64,000 bases of DNA from Pristiophorus japonicus (GCF_044704955.1 NW_027251843.1:186001-250000); one strand, 5' to 3'; positions 27,316 to 38,769 are shown, counted from the stretch's first letter. Translations and numbers: made by a program. Notes: generated by a model from the sequence alone, not told the origin.

Positions 27316-28582
27316 CTAATACTCAAAATCATATTGGATTGTTGTATAAACATCTGCAGTGCAGGGTTGGCACATATTCAGCACTGAAATGGTTAACAGT
27401 AAGAGTCGGTAAAGACTGAGTGTCCCGTTAAGATGCTGTTCACTGGTAGGAAGCTCGAACTGTAGATGGGTGGATACAGGGGAAACAGGCTCAGCAGTGA
27501 GAAAGCTCAGATCACACACAGATCGGTGCAGAAGCTTCTAGATTGCGTTTAAAAGCTTGCTGCCCAGCACCGGGGTGAGGTCAAGGGTGAGGCTACAATT
27601 AGCCTCAGTGTACCGGGGTCAGGCAGGGTCACTGATCCCAATGATCCCGTGACCTTCTGGAAAGTCAGAATGCGCGGACATTAGGCGAGGGTCAGGATCA
27701 GGGTCCCACTTCAATGAATTTATATAGCGCCTTTCACAACCTCAAGACTTCCCAAGGTCCTTTACAACCAATTGCACACAGGAAGATTTAAGAGGTTGTT
27801 GCCTGGACTGGAGAATTTTAGCGATGAGGAAAGATTGGATAGGCTGGGGTTGTTTTCCGTGGAACAGAGGATGCTGAAGGGAGACCTTATTGAGGTGTAT
27901 AAAATTATGAGGGGCTTAGATAGAGTGGATAGGAAGATCTATTTCCCTTAGCAGAGGGGTCAACAACCAGGGCATAGATATAAAGTAATTGGTGGAAGGT
28001 TTAGAGGGGATTTGAGGGGAAATATCTTCAGCCAGAGGGTGGTGGGGGTCTGGAACTCACTGCCTGAAAGGGTGGTAGAGGCAAAAACCCTCACCATATT
28101 TAAAAAGTACTTGGATGTGCACTTAAAGTGCGGTAACCTACAGGGCGACAGACCAAGAGCTGGAAAGTGGGATTAGGCTGGGTAGCTCTTTGTCGGCCGG
28201 CGCAGACACGATGGACCGAATGGAGTCAGCCAGTGGCTCAGTTCGTCGTGCCCTCGCCTCTGAGTCAGAATTTGCGGGTTCAAATCTCACTCCGATGTCC
28301 TGGCCAATATTTATTCCTCAATCAACACAACAAAAACAAGTTATTTGGTCATCATCACATTGCAGTTTGTGGGAGCTTGCTGTGCACAACTTGGCTGCTG
28401 CATTTCCTACATTACAACAGTGAGTACACTTCAAAAAGTACTTCATTGGCTGTAAAGCATTTTGGGATGTCTGGTGGTCATGAAAGGCGCTATATAAATG
28501 CAAGTCTTTCTTCCTTTTCTCAGAGCCGAGCGTGCTAGTGACTGAGCAACGGCTGACAACTCACGGTCGATTAGCCTGACAC

Positions 28583-28990
28583 GCTCAGTCTCTGGGCTCA
28601 CACTGGGACAGTGAGCTCACTTGGGGAGCTCAGTCTCTGGGCTCACACTGGGACAATGAGCCCACTTGGTGAGCTCAGTCTCTGGGCTCACACTGGGACA
28701 ATGAGCCCACTTGGGGAGCTCAGTCTCTGGGCTCACACTGGGACAGTGAGCCCACTTGGGGAGCTCAGTCTCTGGGCTCACACTGGGACAGTGAGCCCAC
28801 TTGGGGAGCTCAGTTTCTGGGCTCACACTGGGACAGTAAGCCCACTTGGGGAGCTCAGTCTCTGGGCTCACACTGGGACAGTGAGCCCACTTGGGGAGCT
28901 CAGTCTCTGGGCTCACACTGGGACAGTGAGCCCACTTGGGGAGCTCAGTCTCTGGGCTCACACTGGGACAGTGAGCACACTTGGGGAGGG
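28583..28990. repeat. 45-bp minisatellite (about 9 copies) in the J-C intron
   Basis: GCTCAGTCTCTGGGCTCACACTGGGACAGTGAGCCCACTTGGGGA unit. Confidence 0.95.
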
Positions 28991-31118
28991 GAACTGTGCC
29001 CCAGCCAGAGGTAGTTCCTTCAGGAGTGAGATGGGGAGCAGATGACGGGCAGCCTGTGGTGTAGAGGGGAGACATTTCACCGGCCGAGGGCAGGTGCTGA
29101 GCCCGTTTACCTGTAAGAATGTGATAAGTGGATGGGGAAAGTGGGCCGGGCACTGAGTTAACGTCCTGTGTTGCTGGTGGAACTCTTGCTGTCTGCTCCG
29201 TCACGTGTGACAAACACGCAGACACATCAGACGGACATCTGGGATGGAGGGATTGTCCTATGGAGAGATTGAGTAGACTAGGCCTATATTCTCCAGTGTT
29301 TAGAAGAATGAGAGGGGATCTCATTGAAACATACCAAATTGTGACAAGGCTTGACAGGGAAGATGCAGGGAGGATGTTTCCTCTGGCTGGGGAGTCTAGA
29401 ACCAGGGGTCACAGTCTCAGAATAAGGGGTCGGCCATTCAGGACTGAGATGAGGAGAAACCTCTTCACTCAGAGGGTGGTGAATCTCTGGAATTCTCTAC
29501 CCCAGAGGGCTGTGGAGGTTCAGTCCTTGAGTATATTCCGGAGATCGATAGATTTTTGGATATTAAAGGAATCGAGGGATATGGGGACAGTGCAGGAAAG
29601 TGGAGTTGAGGTGGAAGATCAGCCATGATCTCATTGAATGGCGGAGCAGGCTCGAGGGGCCAAATGGCCTCCTCCTGCTCCTAATTGCCATATTCTTATG
29701 GAACATTAGTTCGTGTTCTGGGGATTTTCTGGTGGGTCCAGGTTTAATCAGCAGGGGAATTGTGCGAGTCCCAGTTAATAAAAAGGAAAGAGAAATTAAA
29801 GAAAGACCTGCATTTATATAGCACCTTTCACACCTCAGGATGTCCCAAAGTGCTTCACAGCCAATGAAGTACATTTTTGAAGTGCGGTCATTGTTGTAAT
29901 GTGGGAAACACGACAACCAATTTGTGCACAGCAAGCTCCCACACACAACAATGAGGTAAATGAGCATTTCAAGCGATGTAGGTTGCGGGATAAATATCGG
30001 CCTGAACTCGAGCCACAGAAACAGCAACTGAGAGTCTCCCCACAACCCTGGAGCACTGCAGCCGCCGGATTGCGAGCCCTGCTGCCCCTGTTTGTGATCA
30101 GAAGTTGGACAGGAGGTGAGCGGGGGCTGGACAGATCAGAGTTGGAGCTGGGGGAGGCGGGACCTCGGGAGTGTCAGTGTGCTGAGGCTGAGCTCAGTTA
30201 TATCAGAGACTGTGACAGGAGCACAGACTGCCCCCAGCGAGCTCACTCACTCACACCCACACTCTGCCCGTGTCTCACACACCGTGTCTGTCACACTGAG
30301 ACAGGCAGGAGGCTCGGGAGTGATTTCCGGGGATGGTGCAAGGATGGGACCGCAGTGTGTCAACGTCCAGATCTCCTCCACACGGTGGGTAACAGTTCGT
30401 TACTTATACTTTGCTGGGTGAAGGCGGAGTGTGTGTAAAGGAATACAGCCGGGCTCCCTGTCATACACAGCACTCTTCAATTGACGCTTTCATTCACCGC
30501 AGCTCCCCACCATATTATATAACCCATACAGAGGCACAGGAGAGGGTGCAGAGAAGGTTTCCAAGGATGGGACCAGAAATGCGAGGGTGTACATATCAGG
30601 AAAGGATGAACAGGCTGGGGCTCTTTTCTCTTGAGGCCGAGGAGTGACCAGATAGAGGTCTTTAACATTAGGAAAGATTTTGATAGAATGGATACAGAGA
30701 GAGTGTTTCCACTTATGGGGAAGAGCAGAACTAGAGGCCATCAATATAAGATAGTCAGCAAGAAATCCAATCGGGAATTCAGGAGAAAATTCTTTACCCA
30801 GCAATTGGTGAGAATGTGGAACTGGCTACCACAGGGAGTGATTGAAGTGAATAGTATCGATGTATTTAAGGGGAGGCTAGACAGGGATATGAGGGAGAAG
30901 GGAATCGAGGGTTATGCTGATAGATTTAGATGAGGAAAGACGGGAGGATCGAGTGGAGCATAAACACTGGCATGAACTGGTTGGGCCGAATGGTCTGTTT
31001 CTGGGCCATGTATCCGATGTAATCCTGTGTAAACTAAAATCTTCCACTATTCAGCATTTGTGTCTTCGAAAGATTCAGTATTTAAAGTGTTAATAACGGA
31101 GCATTGGGGTTTACTTAC

Positions 31119-31153
31119 TCAGTCTGAGCTTGGTTCCTTTACCGAACGTGAGC
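31119..31153 (-). CDS. IGKJ: Ig light chain J segment LTFGKGTKLRL(S)
   Basis: FGxGT motif, abuts heptamer, phase-1 donor A|GTAAGT. Confidence 0.96.
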
Positions 31154-31192
31154 CACAGTGACAGCTTCCAGTGCAGCGGCTGTACAATATCC
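31154..31192 (-). promoter_or_regulatory. J recombination signal, 23-bp spacer
   Basis: Read on + strand: CACAGTG (31154-31160), 23-nt spacer, ACAATATCC nonamer (2 mismatches to ACAAAAACC). Confidence 0.9.
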
Positions 31193-31204
31193 TCTGTCCC
31201 TGGC

Positions 31205-31470
31205 TCACTCAGTCTCTCTCCCCCTCTCTCTGTCTGTGTGTCTCTTTCTCAGCATATCACTCTATCTGTTGCTCTCACACTGTGTCTCTCTCAGTCTGCT
31301 TCTCTCTCTCTCACTGCCTCTCACTCTCGTTCCCCCTCACTTTTTCTCCTTCTCCCACCCTCACTCCCTCTCCCCCTCACTCACTCTCTCTCTCCCTTTC
31401 CCTCACTCACACTCTCCCTCCCTCCCTCACTCACTCCCTCACTCAATCTCTCCCTCCCTCGCTCTCTCTC
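31205..31470. repeat. CT-rich low-complexity tract next to the J-RSS
   Basis: Polypyrimidine (CT/CCCT/CACT)n. Confidence 0.9.
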
Positions 31471-31474
31471 TGTG

Positions 31475-32190
31475 ACGAGTTTCCTGTGGCAGTACCCAGG
31501 AGAGTTGGGGATCCAACGTGTTTGGGACAAATCTCCCAGCTGCCCTTCCCGCCCCATCAGACGGTAACCCTGGGGCCACGGAATTGCTGGAGAATGAAAG
31601 TCCCCGTCACACAGGCCTCACCTCTTTGGGCCCCTTGAACAACGGGCTCCGTCTGCAAGCGAGATGTTTGTGTTGCTGACACAGGCCTTCCTCGGGGATC
31701 ATTATAAAATAACGAGTTTCAGGGGCTTTAGAAACCTGTTTCCTCAGTCCGTGACCCATGTGTACGTGGAGTGTGAGAGGATGCAGCCCCTCTTCCACTA
31801 TTTGAAGGGGCTGCTCCTCGATTTCTGGCTCCACTTCAGTCCCACGCTCCTCAGCCTGGCCACCCGGTGCGGGGGAGAATGGGCTGCTCGGAGAACCTCC
31901 CCGTGGGTCTGCTCAAGGTGGTCATCCACAGGGCCCAGTTGGATGGGGCCCTTGGGGTGGCCGCACTGCCTGTCTCCCTCCCTTCTGGGCCTTTGTCCAC
32001 ATCCGGGTGGCCCTGGGGACAGAGCCCAGTGTAGGCCTGAGGCATCTGCGACGGGTGAGCACCGCAGGGCCTGGAGTGTGGGGTGGGCAGGGAAAGAGCA
32101 CGACCATTTCACTTGTTCACTTTCCTTTCATGTTTATGCTTTGGGTTTTATGAGTTGTGGCCCTCTCAATAGTGGGGGGTTTGTGAGATT
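31475..32190 (+). mobile_element. Degenerate Tx1/L1-like LINE 3' fragment between V and J (related piece at about 63871-64000)
   Basis: SVTHVYVECERMQPLFHYLKGLLLDFWLHFSPTLL, zinc-knuckle/C-terminal region. Confidence 0.7.
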
Positions 32191-32539
32191 ATTTGGATTG
32201 AGGACACAGGGACCACCCAGTGTCTCCGTGCTGTCTGAATGTACAGAGTAGAGCTGTGAGATTCTCAGTGATGAAGACACAGCCCCAACTCCTCTCTGAC
32301 CCACTCCATCCTTTCCCAATTCACTGCAGCTTCCAGCTGAATATTCTTGCTGTCACTCCCATTTAGCTCTGTGTCAGTCATGTGTAAAACCGTACAGGAG
32401 GTGGGCTGTGTGTCCATTGTTATATATTATATATAACTGTGGGGTGAGTCAGTACAGGAGGTGGGCTGTGTGTCCATTGTTATATATTATATATAACTGT
32501 GGGGTGAGTCAGTACAGGAGGTGGCACTGTGTATATTGA

Positions 32540-32567
32540 GGTTTTTGTACGGCTGTGTATCACAGTG
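32540..32567 (-). promoter_or_regulatory. V recombination signal, 12-bp spacer
   Basis: CACTGTG + ATACACAGCCGT (12 nt) + ACAAAAACC; a 12-RSS on V is the kappa configuration. Confidence 0.95.
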
Positions 32568-32866
32568 TAGAGGGTAGCTGTAATATTGCTGACAGTAATA
32601 GACTGCGACATCCTCGCTCTGCACGTTGCTGATGCTCAGGGTGAACGTGTTGGACAGGTAACTGCCGGTGAAGCGATTGGAGGTTCCAGTGCAACGATTT
32701 ATTGCCGCATAGATCAGCAGAGTGGGTTTCTGCCCGGCTTTCTGCTGGTACCAATTAACATCATCGCTAACGGATGCACTGGCGGTACAGGTGATGGTTG
32801 CAGTCTGTCCCTCACTCACTGACAGCACCGGGGGAGACTGGGTCATGATGATGTCCCCACTGATAC
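32568..32866 (-). CDS. IGKV: Ig kappa-type V exon, (G)[26 protein letters not shown]...WYQQK...[16 protein letters not shown], germline (unjoined)
   Basis: TCAG acceptor at 32867; open frame with canonical V-set Cys, WYQQ, DxAxYYC; followed directly by an RSS. Confidence 0.97.
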
Positions 32867-33053
32867 CTGAGGGGGAAATGGGGAAAGAATGTGAAGTAAG
32901 CACTGTCACAGAAAGACACTGTAAAATGAGAGATTGCTCGAGACACTGAGCTCTCCTCTAGTGTCAGCATTTGCCCTTCAATCACTGGTCAGTAGAGTTG
33001 GACAGAAATCGACAGCAGGGAGATATTAAACATGGAAGGAGAGAGATTGGTAC

Positions 33054-33102
33054 CTGCGACGCAGAATGCCAGAGGCCAGATCAGCTGGATGGGTGAAATC
33101 AT
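33054..33102 (-). CDS. IGKV: Ig light chain (kappa-type) leader exon, MISPIQLIWPLAFCVA(G)
   Basis: ATG at 33102, 49-nt exon (16 codons +1), hydrophobic signal peptide, phase-1 donor G|GTACC matching the phase of the V-exon acceptor. Confidence 0.93.
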
Positions 33103-33161
33103 GGTGTCTGCTCCTGTCCCTGTGCCTGCTTACTGATAAACTGCCCCTCACTGGGCTCTGC

Positions 33162-33215
33162 TTTATAAACCTGCAGCCTGAGAGAGTCTCACTGCCCATC
33201 CCTCAGTATGTAAAT
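33162..33215 (-). promoter_or_regulatory. V promoter: variant octamer ATTTACAT (33215-33208) and TATAAA (33167-33162)
   Basis: Octamer-like element about 105 bp and TATA about 60 bp upstream of the ATG, the typical light-chain promoter layout. Confidence 0.75.
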
Positions 33216-33799
33216 GTCTTCACCCAGAGAAAGCTACATCAGCACATTTCAATTCCTCTTCTTCTCTCCCTCCCTCTTCACCTCCCTCTCCCTTCCTCTC
33301 TCTCTCCATCCCTCCCTCTCTCTTCTCCACAGACTCCCAGGTGCAGCACACTGAAATGCAGAGTAAACCTCCCTGTGCCCTGTCCTACCAATGGAAGTTA
33401 ACCCTTGACCCCAGAGCATGCCTTCTCCTGGAGTAAGGCCCCATTCCCCACAGTGACCATCCCGTGGCCTCTCTCAGTACACTGGCTGTTTATTGCCCAA
33501 TTAATGGCCGTTCTGTGCTGTGTGCCTATTCTCAGTGGGGACCGCTTTGGACAGAAAGCTAATTTCATGAAGGCCCCGCAGAGGGAGGAGATCCTCACCC
33601 CATCAGTGTGAGCTGGAGCGACAGGACAGGTTCTGACCCACTGCCCCATCCTGTCTGCTCAGAACATCTTCGAATCCCTTCCCCTCTCCTTCCCCTTCCA
33701 TGGCCCCGCTCCGGGTCAGGGTGTTTTTACTGCGATCAGGTGCCGACGATCCCAAATTTACAACAGGAAGGGTCTGCACTCCATATCAACAATGGACTC

Positions 33800-34025
33800 C
33801 ATGTCCCACTGGTCCTCCAATAGGGCCCAGGAAACCTGGCTCCTTCCTATTGGTCCCCCAACAGTGACCAGAAAACATGGATGTTTCCTATTGGTCCTCC
33901 AATATGAACAGGAAACCTGGCTCCTTCCTATTAGACCTCCAATAGGGCCCAGGAAACATGGCTGCTTCCTATTGGTTCTCCAATAGGGTCCAGGAAATAT
34001 GGCTTCTTCTTATTGGTCCTCCAAA
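33800..34025. repeat. About 41-bp tandem repeat upstream of the V promoter
   Basis: TATTGGTCCTCCAATAGGGCCCAGGAAACATGGCTGCTTCC-like unit, about 5 copies. Confidence 0.85.
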
Positions 34026-34325
34026 GATTGAACTTCGAACCCCACACCCTCTCTATTACATCGGCCTCCAACATTGCCCATCACCGCCCTACATTAGCCC
34101 CTTGATGGAAAAATCCCTTAACCCTGTTTGTCTCATCGCCAAACTCGATTATTCCGATGTCCCATCCTGGCTTCCTTCATCCGCTCTCCATAAACCACAA
34201 CTTTCCAAAATGCAGTGTCCATACCTTGTCTCACACCAAGTGCTGTTCCAATATGACCCCTGACCTACTATACCTGACCTCATTGACCTACTATCCTGAC
34301 CTCATTGACCTACTACCCCTGACCT

Positions 34326-35141
34326 TGTAGGGTGTTGGTTTCCCACTCTACTCTGACTCATAGACCTCGGGAATTACAGGAAGGACTCCATGTAATGCAA
34401 AGTTTAGGCTTAACCCCAACTGTTAGTTTATTACACAAAAAACAACTAAACATTATGCAACAAGACTTCTTAGAGATTGACCGAAGACATACAGTCGCCC
34501 ATCCAGCCAGTTGCTGCTGTTGTCGATTGTCGGCTCATGGGGCGAGGGAAGGTGTTGGATCCCCGCTGCTGCTTCGTGGCCTTTGTTCATTGACCTGCTG
34601 GTCTGAAGTGTTTGTTCGACCTCTTGTTCCTCTCTCTGAGTTCTTATTCTCAGCTCTTACAGATATATCCATTCGATTATACACATCTCCTGCTGGGCTG
34701 CCTTTCAGATAATGTATCTGGATGAGTCTCGATGGCTGTGATGATGGGTCTGGATATGTTCGGATGGCCACAATTCACACACAGAATTGACAGGGCAAAA
34801 GATAACTCCTTATCTTTTGTGCCCCGTTATCCAAAAGTGCACACCTTGTGGGATCCTTTGTTGTCCTGGGTTTTCGCAGACTTAGAGTCTCCAGAAGGAA
34901 CTGGTTTTCCCTTCCGGCCAATTAATCCACGGGCTCCTCTGCTTGATTGTATCAAACCCTTTGTCTCGATGTTAATCGGGTCTCGCTCCTGATCCCAGAA
35001 ATCGCAGTAATCAGTGATCAGTCACCACCTGCCCCAGGCTGGTGCTCTTTCTCCCGCCCAACAGTCCTAAAGGTTTCTTTTAAACCATTTCAGTCCGTGG
35101 CCTCTTGCTGAGCTTCGATCATGAAATGTGTAAATCTTACC
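34326..35141 (-). mobile_element. Solo LTR (about 816 bp) inserted in a TGACCT minisatellite
   Basis: TGTA.. start, ..TTACC end (degenerate CA), ACCT 4-bp TSD, splits the (TGACCTACTACCCCTGACCTCAC)n array; AATAAA on the minus strand near 34430. Confidence 0.65.
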
Positions 35142-35879
35142 ACCTCACTGACCTACTACTCCTGACTTTTGAGCTACTACCCCGACCTCACTGACCTACT
35201 GCCCCTGACCTCAATGACCGACTACCCCGAACCTCACTGATCTACTACCCCTGACCTCACTGACCGACAACCCTGACCTCACTGACATACTACCCCTAAC
35301 CTCACTGACCTACGGCTACTGACCTCACTGACCTACTGCCACTGACCTACCACCCCAGACCGAATACCCCTGACCCTTGACCTACTGCCCCTGACCTCAC
35401 TGACCTTCTACCCATGACCTAACTGACCTACGCTGCCTCCCTCATCCCTCAACGCAACAAGTTTGAAAGCCTTGTCTCCGATTCCCTCCATGGCCTCGCT
35501 CCACTGTACCTCTGCGTCCCACTGAGCTACACCCCGCTCCCCGCCCCCGGACCCTTTGGTCTCCTCACTCTGGCTTCCTGCCCATCGCTCCTTCCTTCAT
35601 CCCACCATTGATGGCAGAGCCTTCAGACACCTCGGGTGAGGACAGTGCTGAGAGGGTCCAGGCTTACATATGTTGAATGGGGAAGTGGGTAAGGTCGGAA
35701 CGTGCTGTCGGGACCCATGGAACTGGATCCCAAGCCTTCCTCAGGAGAGGAGAGGGATGTTCAGAGCCCTGGGCTCCATTTCCCACACCAGGCATTTCCT
35801 GTCCCAGTGAATGAATGAGATGCCAATGTTGTGCCCAGGTTAGGGGCAGTCTAGTGCTGTGGGCCCAGATCTGCAAGAG

Positions 35880-37500
35880 GGAATTGGATATATACTTGAA
35901 AAGGAACAATTTGCTGGGTTACGGGTCGAGGAACTTAACATAGTCACAATCAGTAAGGAGGTGGTACTCAGTAAGATAATGGGACTAAAGACGGATAAAT
36001 CCCCTGAATCTGATGGTTGTAATTTACCAAAATTCCCTGTATTCTTGGGAGGTCCCAGCAGATTGTAAAACTGCAAATGTAATGCCCCTATTTACAAAAG
36101 GAAGCAGACAAAAAGCAGGAATCTATAGACCAGTTAACCTTACATCTGTGATTGGGAAAATGTTGGAGTCCATTATTAAAGAAGCAGTAGCAGGACATTT
36201 GGAAAAGCATAATTCAGTCAGGCAGAGTAAGCATGGATTTATGAAGGGAAAGTCATGTTTGATAAATTTGCAGAATTATTTGAGGATGTAACGAGCAGGA
36301 TGGATAAAGGGGAACCAGTGGATGTGGTGTAATTGGACCACCAGAAGGCATTTGACAAGATGCCACATAAGAGGTTACTGCACAAGGTAAAAATTCACAG
36401 GGTTGGGGGTAATATGTTAGCATGGATAGACGATTGGCTAACTAACAGAAAACAGAGAGTCTGCAAAAATGGTCATTCTCGGGTTGGGAATCAGTAACTA
36501 GTGGGGTGCCGCAGGGATCAGTGCTGGGACCCCAACTATTTACAATATATATTAACGACTTGGATGATGTAACCGAATATAATGTAGCCAAGTTTTCTGA
36601 TGATAGAAAGATGGGAGGAAAAGCAATGTGTGAGGAAGACACAAAAAACCTGCAAAAGGACGTAGGCTTGCTAAGTGAGTGGGCAAAAATTTGGCAAATG
36701 GAGTATCATTTTGGAAAGTGTGAGATCATGCACTTTGGCAGAAAAAAATCAAAGAGCAAGTTATTATTTAAATGGAGAAAGATTGCAAAGTGCTGTGGTG
36801 CAGCGGGTACTTGTGCATGAAACACAAAATGTTAGTATGCAGATACAGTAAGTGATCAGGAAGGCCAATGGAATCTTGGCCTTTATTGCAAAGGGGACGG
36901 AGTGCAAAAGCAGGGAAGTCTTGCTACAGCTATACAGGGTATTGGTGTGGACACACTAATTTTGGATTCCATATTTAAGAAAGGGTATACTTGCTTTGGA
37001 GGCAGGTCAGAGAAGGTTCATTAGGTTGATTCAGGAGATGAGGTGGTTGATTTATGAGGAAAGGTTGAGTAGGTTGGGCCTCTACTCATTGGAATTCAGA
37101 AGAATGAGAGATGATCTTATCGAAACGTATAAGATTATGAGGGGGCTTGACAAAGTGGATGCAGAGAGGATGTTTCCACTGATGGGGGAGAATAGAACTA
37201 GAGGGCACAGTCTTAGAATAAGTGGCCTCCCATTTAAAACAGATGATGAGGAATTTCTTCTCCCTGAGGGTTGAAAATCTGTGGAATGCGCTGCCTCAGA
37301 GAGCTGTGGAAGCTGGGTCATTGAATAAATTTAATGCAGAGATCGACAGTTTCTTAACCAACAAGAGAATAAGGGATAATGGGGAGTGGGGAGGGAAGTG
37401 GTCCTGAATCCATGATCAGATCAGCCACGATCGTATTAAATGGCGGAGCAGGCTCGAGGGGCCGTGTGGCCCAGTCCTACTCCTATTTCTTATGTTCTTA
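35880..37500 (+). mobile_element. CR1 LINE RT fragment
   Basis: YRPVNLTS, PQGSVLGP, FSDD, LEFRRMR; TTCTTATG tail. Confidence 0.9.
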
Positions 37501-38769
37501 AAGTGAGGAGGAGTGGGAATAATTGGGTAATTCTTTCAAAGAGCCGGCACAGGCCGATGGGCCGAATGGCCTCCTTCTGTGCTGTAAGATTCGAGGCTGT
37601 GAGCCCGGTTCACAGTTTTCTCCCATGTCATTAACAAACGTACAGCTGTGACAACCTCCCTCTTTCACTTCCTCTGTGGGTGAAGTTTCATTCTTCCGAT
37701 CTGTCAGTCTCTTCAGTTATTTTTTGCACGGGGGATTTTGGCTGTGGTCTGAGTCTCTAATAATAACCGTCCAATCAGGCAGAATAACAGCAGCTCGGAC
37801 CGGCTAGGACAGCGGACCCAGGCTCAGTACTGACCCTGCAACGTCCTCCTCACCAACATCTGGGGACTTGTGCCAAAAGTGGGAGAGCTGCCCCACAGAC
37901 TAGTCAAGCACCAGCCTGACATAGTCCTATTCACAGAATCAGACCTTTCGGCCAATGTCCCAGATTCCTCCATCACCCGAGGTGGCGGCTCAGTGGTATA
38001 CAGTCGGAGGGAGTGGCCCTGGGAGTCCTCAACATTGATTCCGGGCTCCATGAAGTCTCATGGCATCAGGTCAAACACGGGCAATGAAACCTCCTGCTGA
38101 TTACCACCTCCTGTCCTCCCCCAGCTGATGAATCAGTGCTCCTCCATGTTGAACACCACTTGGAAGAAGCACTGAGAGTAGCAAGGGCACAGAATGTACT
38201 CTGGGTGGGGGACTTCACTGTCCATCACCAAGAGTGGCTCGGTAGCACCACTATTGACCGAGCTGGCCGAGAGGGGCGATGCTGACATTGCAATCCCAGG
38301 TACCGGAGGACTGGAGGACTGGAAACATGGTACCTTTGTTTAAAAATGGAGCAAGGGATAGATCGAGTCACTACAGGTCAGTCAGCCTAACCTCGGGGGC
38401 GGGATAGGAGGAATCTTCATTTAACAAAACACGGATTAATCAAGGACAGTCAGCATGGATTTGTTCAGAGAAGGTCATGTCTGAATAACTTGATTGAATT
38501 TTTTGAGGACATAACAATAAGGAGGGTCGATGAGGTAATGAGCTCAAAGGGTAATGAGTCAAAGGGTAATGGTTAATGGTTGTTTTTGTGACTGGAAGGC
38601 TGTATCCAGTTGGGTTCTGCAGGGCTCAGTGCTGGGCCCTTTGCTTTTTGTGGGTATACATCAATGATTTAAACTTGAATGTAGGGAGTATGGTTAAGAC
38701 GATTGCAGATGAAACTAAAATCGGCCGTGCGGTTGATAATGAAGAAGAAAGCCAACGCCTGCAGGAAGA

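Noticed and set aside
28611-29045. ORF of 15-aa repeats (LGELSLWAHTGTVSP)
   Set aside because: Translation of the 45-bp intronic minisatellite, antisense to the Ig gene
30370-30420. CACGGTG heptamer-like site as a second J segment
   Set aside because: No nonamer and no FGxG motif adjacent
31596-31605. GGGGACTTTC kB-like site (minus strand)
   Set aside because: Lies in a LINE remnant within the V-J interval, which is deleted on rearrangement; single motif
32490-32531. Second perfect heptamer CACAGTG downstream of the V-RSS as an additional RSS
   Set aside because: No acceptable nonamer at 12 or 23 bp
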